The translations under genes and the position numbers were made by a program. The notes beneath the pieces are model-generated. The model saw only the letters and a list, made by a program, of their open reading frames with translations, was not told the DNA's origin and did not search any database. Positions 36,801 to 50,078 of a stretch of 64,000 bases of DNA are shown here, one piece after another (position 1 is the first letter of the stretch; every line of letters begins with the position of its first letter). The DNA comes from Phallusia mammillata (Eukaryota), in contig OZ281495.1 of NCBI GenBank assembly GCA_965637545.1, positions 21,080,001 to 21,144,000 of the forward strand, written 5' to 3'.

Positions 36801-39133
36801 TGACTCTCTGGGCGCAGTGGTCTGCTGTGAATGTCAAATGTACGGAATTCCGAATGGTGCTTCTGTCGTTTTTGATCATATAAAAAAACGTCACTCACAT
36901 TCTAATCGTATGATGCGTTGCACAAAACGAGCCAGTGTTTCTAAGGCTATATGTGATATGTTATACCTTGCGTCTTCTCTTAACGGTGCCCGTCTTCAAC
37001 CTTCCCAACATTTCTAGATCTTAAATTTCTTCAAACGAGCATGCTCTTAAAAGTTGCGCCAGCGCCGGACAAACGCGGCCTCTGGGCGTAAGGCCAAAAG
37101 TATAGTCGTTCTTCTAATCGATACAACCACTGTTTTAGTATGATATGTGGTACACCACTATTCGGGGGCCTTTTTAGTTTTTTTTTACAGCGAGCAGTGC
37201 TTCTCAACAGTAACCACCGTATGACGTATCCACACAAACCAAGCCCCTTTCCATCCTTGCGCGTATGAAATGTTATAACAGATGCAATACCGACACTTTT
37301 TTGGCACATGCGAAAATCGGGCAAAACCCCTTCTTTTTGGGATGCGTCGTTATGTGCAGATAGTACAACCACTTTATGAGTCAAACGTAAGTGCAATACG
37401 ACTTGAAAAAAAGCTTTGTACTGCGCCCCGTACCCCATTCTCACTTTAGTTCTTGCTACTGTTATCAAACCAGCCCGCCCTTGTACATAGGCGTTCCACA
37501 TCCAAACCATGCTAATTGTGACCGTCACCTATGCTTTAACGTTAACATGATGTAGTTGTTGCTATACCGCATTACGGTGGCACGAAAACCGCGTCTCTGC
37601 TTGCCCAAGTGCTCCAAGTTGTAACCTTTTTATGCGCACAGGTCATGCAATAACATGTCGAAACCTTTCCTCGTCAAATAAGCCATAGGAATTGTGCGGA
37701 ATAACGTGGCGCACAGGACAGCGGTGCATAGGCACTGCCTCAGACCCCGTAAGCCCCACAATATTGTGCCGCGATTTGTATCCGAATGTTTGTGTTTCTT
37801 ATGCTCGTGTCATATCCCTGGATGTAAAAATTCAAACTCTTCCTAAGCATTTACATTTCAAGTTTGTTTTTTGTACTGTGCCGACTTTCCGCTATAATGA
37901 TGCAGTTCCAAGTACATAGTGACGAACCTAACGAGTCTCGCGCGCTTGTTCTGGCGTTTAGTATTATCAAACGTGCTTTACGTATTTATACCTTCTAGTC
38001 GCCCTCCACCACTTGTGTGGGCTACATTGTGTTCCCGGTTATATTCGTTTCAATGTGTTGTCGTGGTAGTGGTGGACCGGGGCTGGTCAATAATAATGAT
38101 ATCTTTGTATATAGCAATGGTGAAAGGCAATCACATTACACTCACCACCCCCATCTTATCGTTCTGTGTTTTTCGCGCTTCAACCGAATGACCATGTTGT
38201 TATTGGCTTTACTGTACAGTAGTGTTTTGCCTGTAGTTGTAATTGTTCGGTAGTTGCTTTAACAATAAATTGTACAGCAAACCACCAGCCTGATCTTATA
38301 CAGCCCATGTCAGTTATTTGAGTGATTGGAATAAAACTTCCACAATAGGAAGCTAATCTATCATGCCCTGCTGTGATGTCAATATGTTGCCGGTTAACCT
38401 CTAAAGTTGCTGCCAGCAAAAAAGCAGTTGAAATAACATCTTTCCTAAACGTTTTTTTTAACTTATGCCTCGAACCAAGTTGAAACTGTGGGTGAATAAA
38501 CGAGTAACTTTCAGTCGCGATCAGTACCTAAAATTAAGTAAAGGTACAATAACGTAATCCACGGTCATTCGTTTAATAAATCGTTTATGAAACGCTGCTA
38601 GTACAGTACAACGCAAAACTGACACAATCTATCACAGCGACAGGAGCGGTTTTCACACAACTGCCATGCAGCTCGAAAACTGGCGGGAAGTATGGATATG
38701 TTGCTGTTATGTATGGGAATGGATGACGGTAATGCCACCGTACGACAACTTCTCACAGTGTAGACAAATATCGCAGCCACTTTTCACAGCTGATGCATTC
38801 AGTGTTTTTCACAATAGAGGGAAGTATAGGCGTAATGTCAAAGCTCGCTGCTTGTGCTGTGTGAGCACTACGTGGAAATCCATGTTTGCTGTTGCTGGTG
38901 TGATACAATGGGCATGTATATAATGCAAACCAACAAAACAATGCAGATTGATTGTGTTTTGCCGATTGTAACCTGAGTCAACATCATACAGATCAAAACA
39001 GCACAATTGCACCACTCGGTATTACAAGACAACGCTGTAAGATATGGCAATTTTGTCGTTTTCGCTGAGCTTGGAGGCCGAGTCTCCGCCAATGCGCCTT
39101 GGCTGAATTCAAACAAAATTAATTTTTAGGTAT

Positions 39134-42100
39134 TTATACCACATTTTCTTGGTGTTCACAACGTGTCTTGCCGATGCCATTGGCCACATCCAAATTCGAT
39201 GACAGATTTGTACATGCTTCTTTAGCGCCATCCTGTGTTTGTTTTGTATCGTGTTCTAACAACAAAGCGATGCTGGTTTCATCAACCACCGACGGACAGT
39301 CATCAAAACCTTGGTCTGCGGTGTTGTCAATTTGCAACTTGTCTTCTTGAATAACATTGGACTCAGGTTCGACATCCACGACAACCACGGTTGGGACCAC
39401 TACGTCGTATTTAACGGTATCTTTCGTGCTGGCCTGGGTGGAGTTGGAAATGCTTTCTTTCGATTCTGCCACTGATAAGACGGTTTCGGCCGTTCCAACA
39501 TCGGTCACAATGTCTTCAGATGCAAATTCGAAGCTGTTACCTTTTTTCAGTGACTTGCTTTTTGGTCGTCGTCCAGGTATATGAAACGGCATAGTACGTT
39601 GGATTTTGGTCCTGAATGGGTGTGGACGCTTTGGTCGGTCTCCTGGGAAGACTTTATCCGAACAGGAAGAAAGACGCTTTCGTGGAAGAACTTTTTCAGC
39701 GTCCGATTTTAATTCATTGATTGTTGAGGAGCTGCCTTTATCAAAACCCTACATACAAAGCAATGAAATTGAAATTTCTTGTTTGTTTACTTTTTGTGGT
39801 TTAGTTTTGCAATGGTTTACCCGGAAAAGGAAGGAAGACTTGCGTTGTCTGATAGGTGTGTTGCTCGTGACAAAGTTGATATCAGCTCCTACAGATTTGC
39901 TGCAGCAAGTATGTACTGGTTAGAAATCATATACGGCAAAGAAAACAGTCAATGCAAAAAAATTCATAAGATTTCGTTCAATTGTTTTTACAGATTTCAA
40001 AATATTTAACCCAGCGCTTCACCTTTTAGTAATTCCCGAATCGTGGACTAATGTGTTTCCATGGTGAGTCTGTGGCTGACGCTTATACGTAGGCTTTTTC
40101 ACCTGGGAAAAAGCAAAAAATGAATGCCATAGTTTCAGTTTGCACATTACTATAGTGTCAAGGTATTCGAGATCCTTACGGAACTTGTTGGGCGTCTGTC
40201 ATGTTTCACAATTTCTTGTACAAGATCGTTTGATTCCGAGCACCAGTCGTTTGAGTTTTTTACTCTCTCTTCCAGTACTGTGTTGTGTTTACCTAAAAAT
40301 AAAGTTCGGTTGTACAATTGTCAATCTTGCCACTTTGCGAGCTGTTACAACAATATATTCTTCATTTAAATCAAGCAAACTGTCCTTTGCCTAAACTTCA
40401 TGCAGTTTACAATACGATTTTGACGTCCGAGTTTTGCTTTGGAATTTATCACTTGAATTTACCAGCATAAAAAATTGAACCTTGTAAAAATATGTATATT
40501 ACCAATGCTAGACAATCTGTCCGCAGCCACCCGTTCGAGGGTTTGTCGCATAACTGGATGCTCAGATAGCAAGTAGTTGAAATCGTCGACATGCAGGGAG
40601 TACGTCGCACAGAAACTAACGGCAATCACGGAGGCAACGCGTCTGTCGTTTATCAGCAAACAAATTTCTGCATAATGTATACCAATCTTATTAGCCTACT
40701 ATCTGTTTAAAGTGAACAATTGTTGAGCGCGCTTGCTGAAAAAGCAGCACAGAAAAGTCTGTATGCTTATGAGTGGTTGACGAAGAAGGGTTTGATTCAT
40801 AAATGATTTATATTGAAATAAGATGCGGTAAAATAATGATAAGATGAACACACAGCGCATGCTTGTAATACATTCTGAAATCGTCCTAAAAATATCGCTT
40901 TCTTGGTTACAGTTTGCAGCCTTGCAGAGAATATATTTGTCTCACCACCGAAATACGATCCGTCTGAAAGTTGTTTGATTGGATCTTGACGCTGACTGTT
41001 TCGAATTTCTACAACACCGTGTTGAATAAAATACATCTTCTTTCCCACTGCCCCTTCCCGTACGATAGTATCTTCAAAAAACAAATTGAAATATTTCTTA
41101 GCTTAAAATTTTTCTTTTTTATAGCTTTAACTTCGTATCCACAAATCCGCAGGTCATACTTCTCGAACTCAGGGTTGTTAACAAAGATACGAGTAGGTTA
41201 CCTTTTGGCTGAAAAAATTCGTATTTCAGTTTTTGTACGACCTCAGTCACAAAATCCGGTTCTGCATTACTGAAGAATGGAACAGACGCCACCAAGTGTC
41301 TACAGTTGTAGTTGACTATTTCCTAGCGAAAAAATACAACACCAGATAAGTAAAGGGAGGGGATGGATAATATAAAAATTGCATTGAACTCATGCAATTT
41401 TGTCACCTCTCTTAGATTATTGGAAAGCTCATCCAATATTCCCTGCTCGTCGAACATTTTCCCTTGAAATCGATTTTCGTAGTAACCGTAAACACGCGAA
41501 CGCAGCGGTTTGGGAAGCCGACGAAACCTCATGTATTCTTTAACTTGCATATACTACACAGTACACAAGGCGAAGTTGAATTATGGTCCATATGTTGTAT
41601 TTGTTTAAGGCAATTAACTCCACGTTTACGCATTCTACAAATCTACAAACCTTAATTATCAGTTCGGACACCTAATTATGTTTGCAAACTCTTACTTTTT
41701 CTTTGTATTGGCGTTTTGAAGAATCCATTGACTGGATGAGAGCTGTTGCATGACCAATAAACATCGCGAAACAAACAGCACCTGTTCAACAAACCTGAGG
41801 TTATCTAAATGGAAATTTGATTTCTGTTTTAAAATTTACCTGAAACCATTGACAGCATGGTCATCCATAAGTCCATGAGGTTTTGTGGCGGTTGTTGGCC
41901 GTATCCAATACACAACATGTGTGACATTGCTTTAAACATACACCACGAGTACTGTTCAGGCCATGGCTTACCCTGTAAATGGAGAATATGTTTTAAAAGT
42001 TGAATTTTGGCATCCGACGAAAGGATTTTTTAAATAAAGTAAGTTATTGTAATAATTCATGCCTTTAAAGTGGAATCGTTGGTTATATTTGTAAAAACAT

Positions 42101-45100
42101 TGTAAATTGATTGCTTTTTTAAGACGTCCGTAAAACTTTTGTGCCTGTACAGACATCATAGTTAATAGAATAAACTCTGAATATTCATGTGATGCCTCTT
42201 AGGCGAACTGTGACTTAATAGAATAATTCGTATTTAAATGAAGCAATTGCCTCTAAAATTATATTCCGTTGGCAGCTTAGAGAAACCTATGTTATTAATT
42301 ATGCATAACATAATGCTTGACTCGTCGAATGGTATATGCGACAGAATCTTCGACATGAAGAAATAACGTATTTTGTTTCGAATTGCAATGTTTTTTTATA
42401 AACCACGAAAAATGCTTTTGAAAAAAATCGTGTTTCATCGATAAGGCGTATCACGGTATACTAGTATTTTGTCTTTTCAAATTCCCAACGGCAAGCGTAG
42501 CACATTCTCGCGGTCAATTGGGTGCAGCACACCGCAGAAAAATGCAGTGGTCACGTATGCTACATGGCTTATCAGGCCGCAACTGTAATCAACTGTGTTC
42601 GTGGGATCGATGTCCAAAATGTGTTAATGTAGGCAAGGTGGCTAATTAAGCTGGACAGCGGAAGAAAAAAGGCCGCAGATCGATTGTAACCCGGCAAAAA
42701 TGATACGATCAATTGATTAGAAGATTGTAAGTAAGACAAGATTCGATTGCACATGTCGCATTTGCGAAACATATGCACTTATTATTTTGGTTTGCTGTAT
42801 AAGTTACCGACAAAAAGAGAATCATCAGAATATAACATAAGTATTGCAATTTATGTGATTTTAAGTTAAATGTGACAGATAAATAGCTTTATTTTGTGTG
42901 ACCAAATAAAGTTATTTTTCTTGAACATTGCCCGCCTGGTAATGGCTATACAAAGACCCAAATGGTTATAGAAAGCGTTAATATATTAAGTAGGTGTTTT
43001 TCTGTTTTTCCTAAAATAGATTTCTCAAACAACAGAATAGTATGTCTGTATACATTATTGTATGTTGTACGTGTGTTCAATGATTATTCTTATAACTGTC
43101 ATAACTTAGATATAAAAAAAAACTTTTAAGAATTACTTCTAAATTCTAAACAGATGGTAAATGGGTTGATAAAGGTTCAAAGGTCAAAACAAATGCAAAG
43201 ACGAATTAACAATAACAATAACCTATGCGACGCCGATATATCATAGCCTACCTGAAGGTTTCGAAACAATTATTTCCTATCCAAGTATAATCACACAGTA
43301 CACGTACAACATTTACTTAAAGCAGGTATAGCTATTTGATTCAAAGTTTCTTAATCCGTGATTTACTGGTAATTCTCACCACTAAATGATCGAGCACGAT
43401 CCAAGAGTTCTGGGGAAAATCGTGAAGCATTGGCACCAGAAACTGCAGACAACCGTTCCAATGTCCAATCAGCAACATTAAACAGACAAGATTAAAAATT
43501 CGCACCGCTGCCACTGCTAAGTCATATTGCATCCCAACAATCTGCAAAAAATGCTACATTTTGAGCCAAATGGAATACAAAGGCAAAGTTGAATCTATCC
43601 ATTAAACAGCACCTGATTTTCATTGTGACCCAATAAATAATTAATCTAAGGCAATGGTAATCTGAGGCAATGGACTGATTAATAAACCTAGCCGGTGAAA
43701 ATCGAGCAAAAGCAAATATTTTTTTTTCACGGGGTTTGTACCCAGGACGATCCCGAGGACGAATCCCGATCAGGTTTTTTATGTGTATGTATGGGTGAGG
43801 CGCCCTGGTCTATTCGGCCAAGTTTCTCAACGGATTAATTTCAACACCTCACCTGCTCCCACTGATGGACATATCTTATGAGGCGGCTGATGCGGAGAAG
43901 TCGCAACAAGCTGATGATTTTGGCGAAGCGGAAAAGCTTCATTGCCCGTGAAGCACTGGCACTTGCTGAACCCCCACTTGTAACCTGTAAAAATTCATAC
44001 GTTTTAAACAACGGGGCAAAAAACAGTTAATTACGCGTCGGAATTTGACGTAATAATGACATATAGTCGTGTGTTGACCACAAGCACCTCCTTTAGGAAT
44101 AATCTAATTCAATGACTAGGCTTGATGTTGTTTGTCTCTGTGCCCAAATAATGTATTTATGGTAAAATTAACGGTGTTTTGTTTGCAGTAAAAGTGGTGT
44201 TTTATTAAAACGAAAAACAATATGATTGTTTTAATGGTGTGAAGCTGTTCATTGTAGGGCATAATAAGCCTTAACATAAATACATTGCTAACAGAAGATA
44301 AACGACCTTCTTTCTAGTGCACTGCTGATCAGAGAAAAAAGGTCCAAGTTATTGTTTTTCAAACCGTGTGACAGGGTTGGAAAATGTAAAAACAGCTGTC
44401 ATGTGACGACAATGACAATAACATGCTTGACTGAACATTTTTATGCATGACTGATGAACGATAAGTATTTATTGGCCAACCGAGCAACAAATACCATATT
44501 TGTTACTAAACAAGGGTGGTTAGAGTTTGGCGTAATCCTATTAAGTCGAATATGAATGTCGATTATGTATCGATTGCTGTTAATTTTTTTACACGCCCAT
44601 CCGCTTAGTCAGTATTGTGCTCTGCCAGATCGTGTAAGACACTGAGGTTAAAATAGTTTCACACAAACCAACTTTTATAAGACAAGCTCATGAAACATAT
44701 ACAAAATCGTAGTTTCAAACTGTACATAAACAAAGCTTACACAAACTTAGTCAAACGTACAACTATATTGAAACAAAGTTTCCTCACGTGTTATCACCGA
44801 TGCGTTATAAACGTGTTTAAATGTGCTAAGAACTAACTTAATACCTATAAATGTTCACAACTTACTGAATTATCAATTTAGGGTAAAATTACGCTTACTT
44901 GTAGAATATAGTCCACTGGTAAAGTGGATATGAGGTCAATTGCAAACCACGATCGAAGGTAACGTGTTCGGATTGTGGTAAGGTCCAATATTACTTCGCT
45001 ATCGCCCGATTCCACAATAATTCCAGTGTGAAAGTTCATCACAATATCAGCCAAAAACCTAAACACTGTGAAATTATTGATCTAGAATATGACAAGTGGT

Positions 45101-46075
45101 TTCATCACATCGCGTTTCTGTGAATCCACAAAATGATGTAGATTTTTGAAATAGCCTACTTTGTCTGCGGAATAACGCCTATAGCTCAATACTTAATGTA
45201 CAATACCAGATTTTCTTGCTACTAAGTGTTTTGGGAAACGGCTGAAAAACTGTTTTTTTAATGTAATCTAAAACCAGAACTTGTTTTTAAAAAACTAAAA
45301 ACTGTATTACCAAAAATCCATGCATAGATTAAATGTTATCCATCCGGTGTCTGTGGTCATCTTTTCATTGAAAAATGTAATGGCAATTGGAATTATTAGC
45401 ATACTTATGATCAACAATATCAACGTTACGAAATCCCAATAAAATCTGCAACAAAGATGAGTGAACTGTAAATCATTTAAAGTAAAATGACAAAAAACGC
45501 AGATATCAGCTCTGGTAAAAAAGAATTTGTTTACCTGAAGTTTGAATACGGGTGAATTACAAAAAATCCCGCCTTTTCTTGCCTTTTTTGCTCTTGTTCC
45601 ACAGCCTTTTGACTTCCGTACATTCGCAATGAGAATTTCGTAATGGGCACCGACATCGAACCTCCGGAATACCTATACAAATTTAATGATAAGCGCTTGC
45701 AAATGGGTGCACCACGTTTTTCTGAAACAATGCAGAGATAACCGAACAATCTGAGAATCTACCCACTTTTTGTTACTGCACAAACACATATTTTTATATA
45801 AGCTATTGCTGCCAGGCATAGTATCAAGGTTAAAGAGCTCTTCTGGCAAATGTGATTTGAAAATCACATTTGCCAGAAGAGCTCTTTAACCTTGACATAT
45901 TTTTATGTCAACGTAAATTTAAAGCAAAAAATAATGTCGATAAAAATGTAACGTATTCGCATATTTTTTCTCTGTACAAACAAAAACTTAAGATTTTCGA
46001 CAAGAGCAGCTTCATTAGTATTAGGTTCTACCTTTTCGGAAATTGCGATTTTCGAGACGGGCCTTCGAGTTCCAT
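39134..46075 (-). CDS. HCN: Hyperpolarization-activated cyclic nucleotide-gated (HCN) channel, about 16 exons, roughly 810 aa
   Basis: Exons include 45535-45672 ([18 protein letters not shown]...IHPYSNFR), 45311-45445, 44899-45058, 43853-43984 (S4 [22 protein letters not shown]), 43380-43541, 41840-41972 (pore [12 protein letters not shown]), 41696-41781, 41407-41553, 41202-41322, 40946-41071, 40503-40667 (CNBD FG|EICLL...RRVASV), 40180-40292 and terminal 39134-39749. The first coding exon is uncertain (46032-46075 used). Confidence 0.96.
45824..45895. repeat. 72-bp perfect palindrome (35-bp arms, 2-nt loop)
   Basis: TCAAGGTTAAAGAGCTCTTCTGGCAAATGTGATTT-GA-AAATCACATTTGCCAGAAGAGCTCTTTAACCTTGA read directly. 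Confidence 0.95.
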
Positions 46076-49000
46076 CTTTTTACTCACTCCAGTAAGTTTA
46101 ATACAACAACTAACAGAAATATTTCTGTGTCTCTGGGAGCACCAGCCAATGTTTCGGCTGACGCTTTTTCTCGTATTCCCTGCCTGTCAACCTTCATATC
46201 ATACGACACGCGGAATTTTTTCCAATTATTGGGGCGCTAATCGACACAAGTAGAAATGATTAAAATCGATCACACTGATCAGTCGCTTGGTTTGACCGGT
46301 TATTGCTCTACGAGGGCATCAAAGCCGACGGAGCAAATTTTCATGTTCTCACGGCTTAACATGATGGCGCAGGAGACAAGTGACCTTTGACTTTTAAAAT
46401 AGAAATTTGAATCGAACGTAAATTCGGGTTATATATATTGGCAACATAAACCCAGTTAAAACTCCTATTTTTTTACTTTGTGCCTAATTCCACAATCACC
46501 AAAAATAAATAGTTAAATGAAATTGAAAAAGAAAATCGTTTTTATGCGACATGACAAAGTGTTCATGTTGCAGAAAGCTCTGATTTGAAGTCGACATACA
46601 TTATTATTCAAATAAGTCAGTAGTCCCAGCCACAGTACCGTGGCACCCCAAAGTTATCTTTGTAATTTTCTCGGGTACCAGTATTATTTTTCCCGTTGGA
46701 ACTTTTTTCCCCATCAATATCCAACTAACTGTGGCATCTTTCGAAAGTTTAAAAATGAATCTGAGAACAAAGGCATTATTACACCTTAAAGGAAATAAAA
46801 ATATATAAGTGCTGCGCTCTAATTTCACAAAATACAAACTAGAATAAGAAAGTTGTGATGCACCGTGATATTGACGTACATTGAACGCTTATGGGTTTGA
46901 CACTTGTTGTCGAAAAACCTTAAAATCAACTGAAAAATGCTGGAAGCTAAAGGAAGCTTTGAAAACACAGCGTGAAACACTTTTATAAAGTTAAGGGGGG
47001 ATTCAAATCATCATTTGCCGTCTTGTCTTTGAAATACCGCTACGACCTTTGCTCTTTTTTCGAAAGTTACTTACGTGTGCGCTCATCACTGATTATCCAT
47101 GTTCTCATGAATCTTTTACACCCACGCACGCTGCGTGAGACCGGGAATCATTAAATAATTTATTTACGCAAATGCTTATCCCGCCATACAGTCCCAGCCA
47201 ACGCCTGCGATGCTCATCAGCGAACATCCATTTACTGGTACTGTTTACACCTACCCTCATAAAGACTTAATGGAAAGATAATAGCTGCCTTTTTGATGAA
47301 TAACTCGAAATGTCGCTTGTTTGATTTTTACCCATTAACTTTTTTTGTTTGTTCTGAAATACTGACGCAACTTAAATTGCATAACTTCTGTTTACGCTCA
47401 TTTTGTCTGAAAAAATACACATTTTCTGACGTGAAACTTTTTCAACCTTAATAAAACAAGCGCAAATTTTGATATCTCACAGGTACACAGAGTCAAATCA
47501 TCAATCTTGTTGAAAAGTAAATTGCTGTAGTCAAAAAGCTCGGGGATGTTCAAAACGTATCTTTGACCCAAAGTCTGCTAAAGACAATCTGACATACATC
47601 GTCGACTAACTGCTTATCATGCGCGACATGCACTTTTTCTATTTATTATAGCAATTACTGATATTAAAGTGCATCAAAGGCAAGGATGAAATAATCTTTC
47701 CCCACGAGATTCAAAAATGAAAAGATCTCCTACTCACCAAGCCAGGGCTTGCAGAGCCGAGCCGCTTTTCTTTCTTCGGAAAGGCATTTTGACGTTAAAA
47801 CGATCGGTTAAATTCATGCACACTTTTCTGAGGCTGGACCCCAATCGTGGACAGCATGAAAATGTTCTGCCGTTCTCCAGTTTTGCGGAACTGATTACAA
47901 ACTGCTTTAAATATCTAACAACGCATAACAATCGCTACTAAGTAGTAAAATAAAGTTATAGTTTGGCTGCAAAGGCAATCTAACTGTAATGAGGTAACAG
48001 GACGAACAAGCCATATTGATTCCGATATAGATTTTTTGTTTCGTGGGTCAATAGCCATACAGGAGTCTGCTGAAACTTTTCACACTGAACTAACTTTGCC
48101 CACTTTGAAGTACAACATGGGATTTAAGCATCAGAAGCACTGCATCACAACATCTAAGAACTGCTAATTTCAAAAGAGAGCGACCAAGGAGATTCGCGAT
48201 GATTTACAATCGGTGTCTGTCGTCGCCGGCTAATATACGCCAATCACAGACCTTACAATGACTTCTGCCTCATGTTCTTCATTTAGAACTTAGTATCGTA
48301 CTCTCGCGGTCTGCTTAACGTTAAAACTGTAACGTGCGTTGATTGGAAAGTACAGCGATAACGGGCTTACGCGCAATTGTCACTAATATCTCACGTCTGC
48401 GAAAAGATGGATGGTGCGCGATCGGCAGAGTTCATGGTTTCTCTGAATCCCAGCGATCGATACTTGACGCACGGGGCAATTTTCTCATGAGGCCTGTGTC
48501 CTTGTTTTGAAGTGCAATTACCGGCTTTGCCTTTCTCTGTCGGCTTTATATCGTCGTTCGTCCTTCTCCGCGCGGTCACCGTTCTGCATTATGCAACCGA
48601 TATGCATGTCCAGCTCAAAAGACTAAGACTCATCATATGTAGCTCTTTGTTTAGCGCAATTGTTCTTTGAAGAATAGTAGTTGCAAAAGAAAATTTTCAA
48701 CATGGCTTGTTTTTTTAAGTTAGCCTATGAACCCAAAACGAAAAATTGATGACCATCTCTGGTACCAAAAAAATTGATGACCATCTCTGGTTTCAAAACT
48801 TTGAACACACATTTTCCGATACATTTTGTCGGTAACATTATTCCTGCCTGCCGAATTGCTGTTTGTTAATACTGAATCTTAAAAAACGACCCATTTTAGC
48901 AATTCAATAAGACTTTTACCTTAAAGTTCTAAAAACTGTGGATGTGCGACATATTGGACAAGTTTGTCTGTTTTGTGAGAAAACCCATTTCATTGCAAAC

Positions 49001-49891
49001 TGTTAAAACGAAGAAGTTATATTTAATTTCGTTCCTGTTTTCGACACAGAAAACACAGAACCAGTACTTTTTGATTTCATAGACCAACAAACGCGACAAA
49101 AACCTTTGTTAATTCTTTACGGCATTCTTGTGAGATTATTCTGAATCCATCATAGTTATACTTAAAATAAAAAGTCATGCTAACAATTTGATGTTTATAT
49201 TTGATTTTTTCTTTTCTAAAAGTTGCAACTTTTTAATCCCTACAACTAACATCTGGTTCAAAAGTATAATCGATCACGTCGATAAGCCAATTCCAATAGC
49301 CGAACTAATCATCATCTTTTCAAAATACTATATGACGCTCATATATGCCAATTTCTTTTCCAAAAAAACTATACCTGTGTTGTACATTACCTTTAAACTA
49401 TTTAGACAAAATAAATCCGAACTATAGAATACTTACCAGTTTTTGAGCTTCGTCATGTTTAGAAGAAAAGTCCTCTGCATTGATATCTCTTCCTACTTTG
49501 ACTCCAAACAACTCTTGATTCTTCCATTCTGTTTGTCCACACGGTTTCCTGAGCTTTTAAGCCAGTCGCATTGATTTATTTCGATGCTGTGATGCTTTTA
49601 GTATGAAAATGGGCGAAAGAGCGCCTTTTATCTTGTCGCGCCAAGATAAGATTTTTTTCTGGGGTAAATTTCGATCAAATTTCAACAAATGTCAAACACA
49701 CACATCCTTATTATTCTATTTCAATTAAAGAAAAACTGTTTAACTGAAATATTTTGTTTTGTGGTTTGATTCAGTGCCAGCTTTTTCAAAAATCTGGCAA
49801 GAAAATCATGGGTTCTCTTGCGACCTCTATCGTCAATAAGTTGTCTTGCCTCAAGCTGATGAAGTGCGTCATAAAGAATGTGTGCGAGATG

Positions 49892-49897
49892 TTTATT
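49892..49897 (-). promoter_or_regulatory. Candidate polyadenylation signal of the anoctamin gene
   Basis: AATAAA on the minus strand about 180 nt downstream of the anoctamin stop codon. Confidence 0.45.
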
Positions 49898-50078
49898 GAC
49901 AGTCGCAGTAACAAGTGATAAAATGCTATTGCACGAAGAACATTATTTACAACACCAAATGTTTTACCAAATGACTTTTAGATAAAGATAAAATTGCTAT
50001 ACATGGTGCATAAATGTTTTTTAATTTTTTTTCTTTTAAATTTAAAATCAAGACTTTCGAGACGACAAATAAATATCA

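Noticed and set aside
37031-37528. 165-codon minus-strand ORF, the longest unexplained one
   Set aside because: GTG start, no family motif, no convincing splice sites; cannot be supported without expression data.
39022-39139. Possible extra HCN terminal exon PRRIGGDSASKLSENDKIAISYSVVL*
   Set aside because: Requires a 37-nt intron, much shorter than any other intron modelled here.
48741-48791. Two copies of AAAAATTGATGACCATCTCTGGT
   Set aside because: Simple tandem duplication; not a CRISPR-like array (two units, eukaryotic context).
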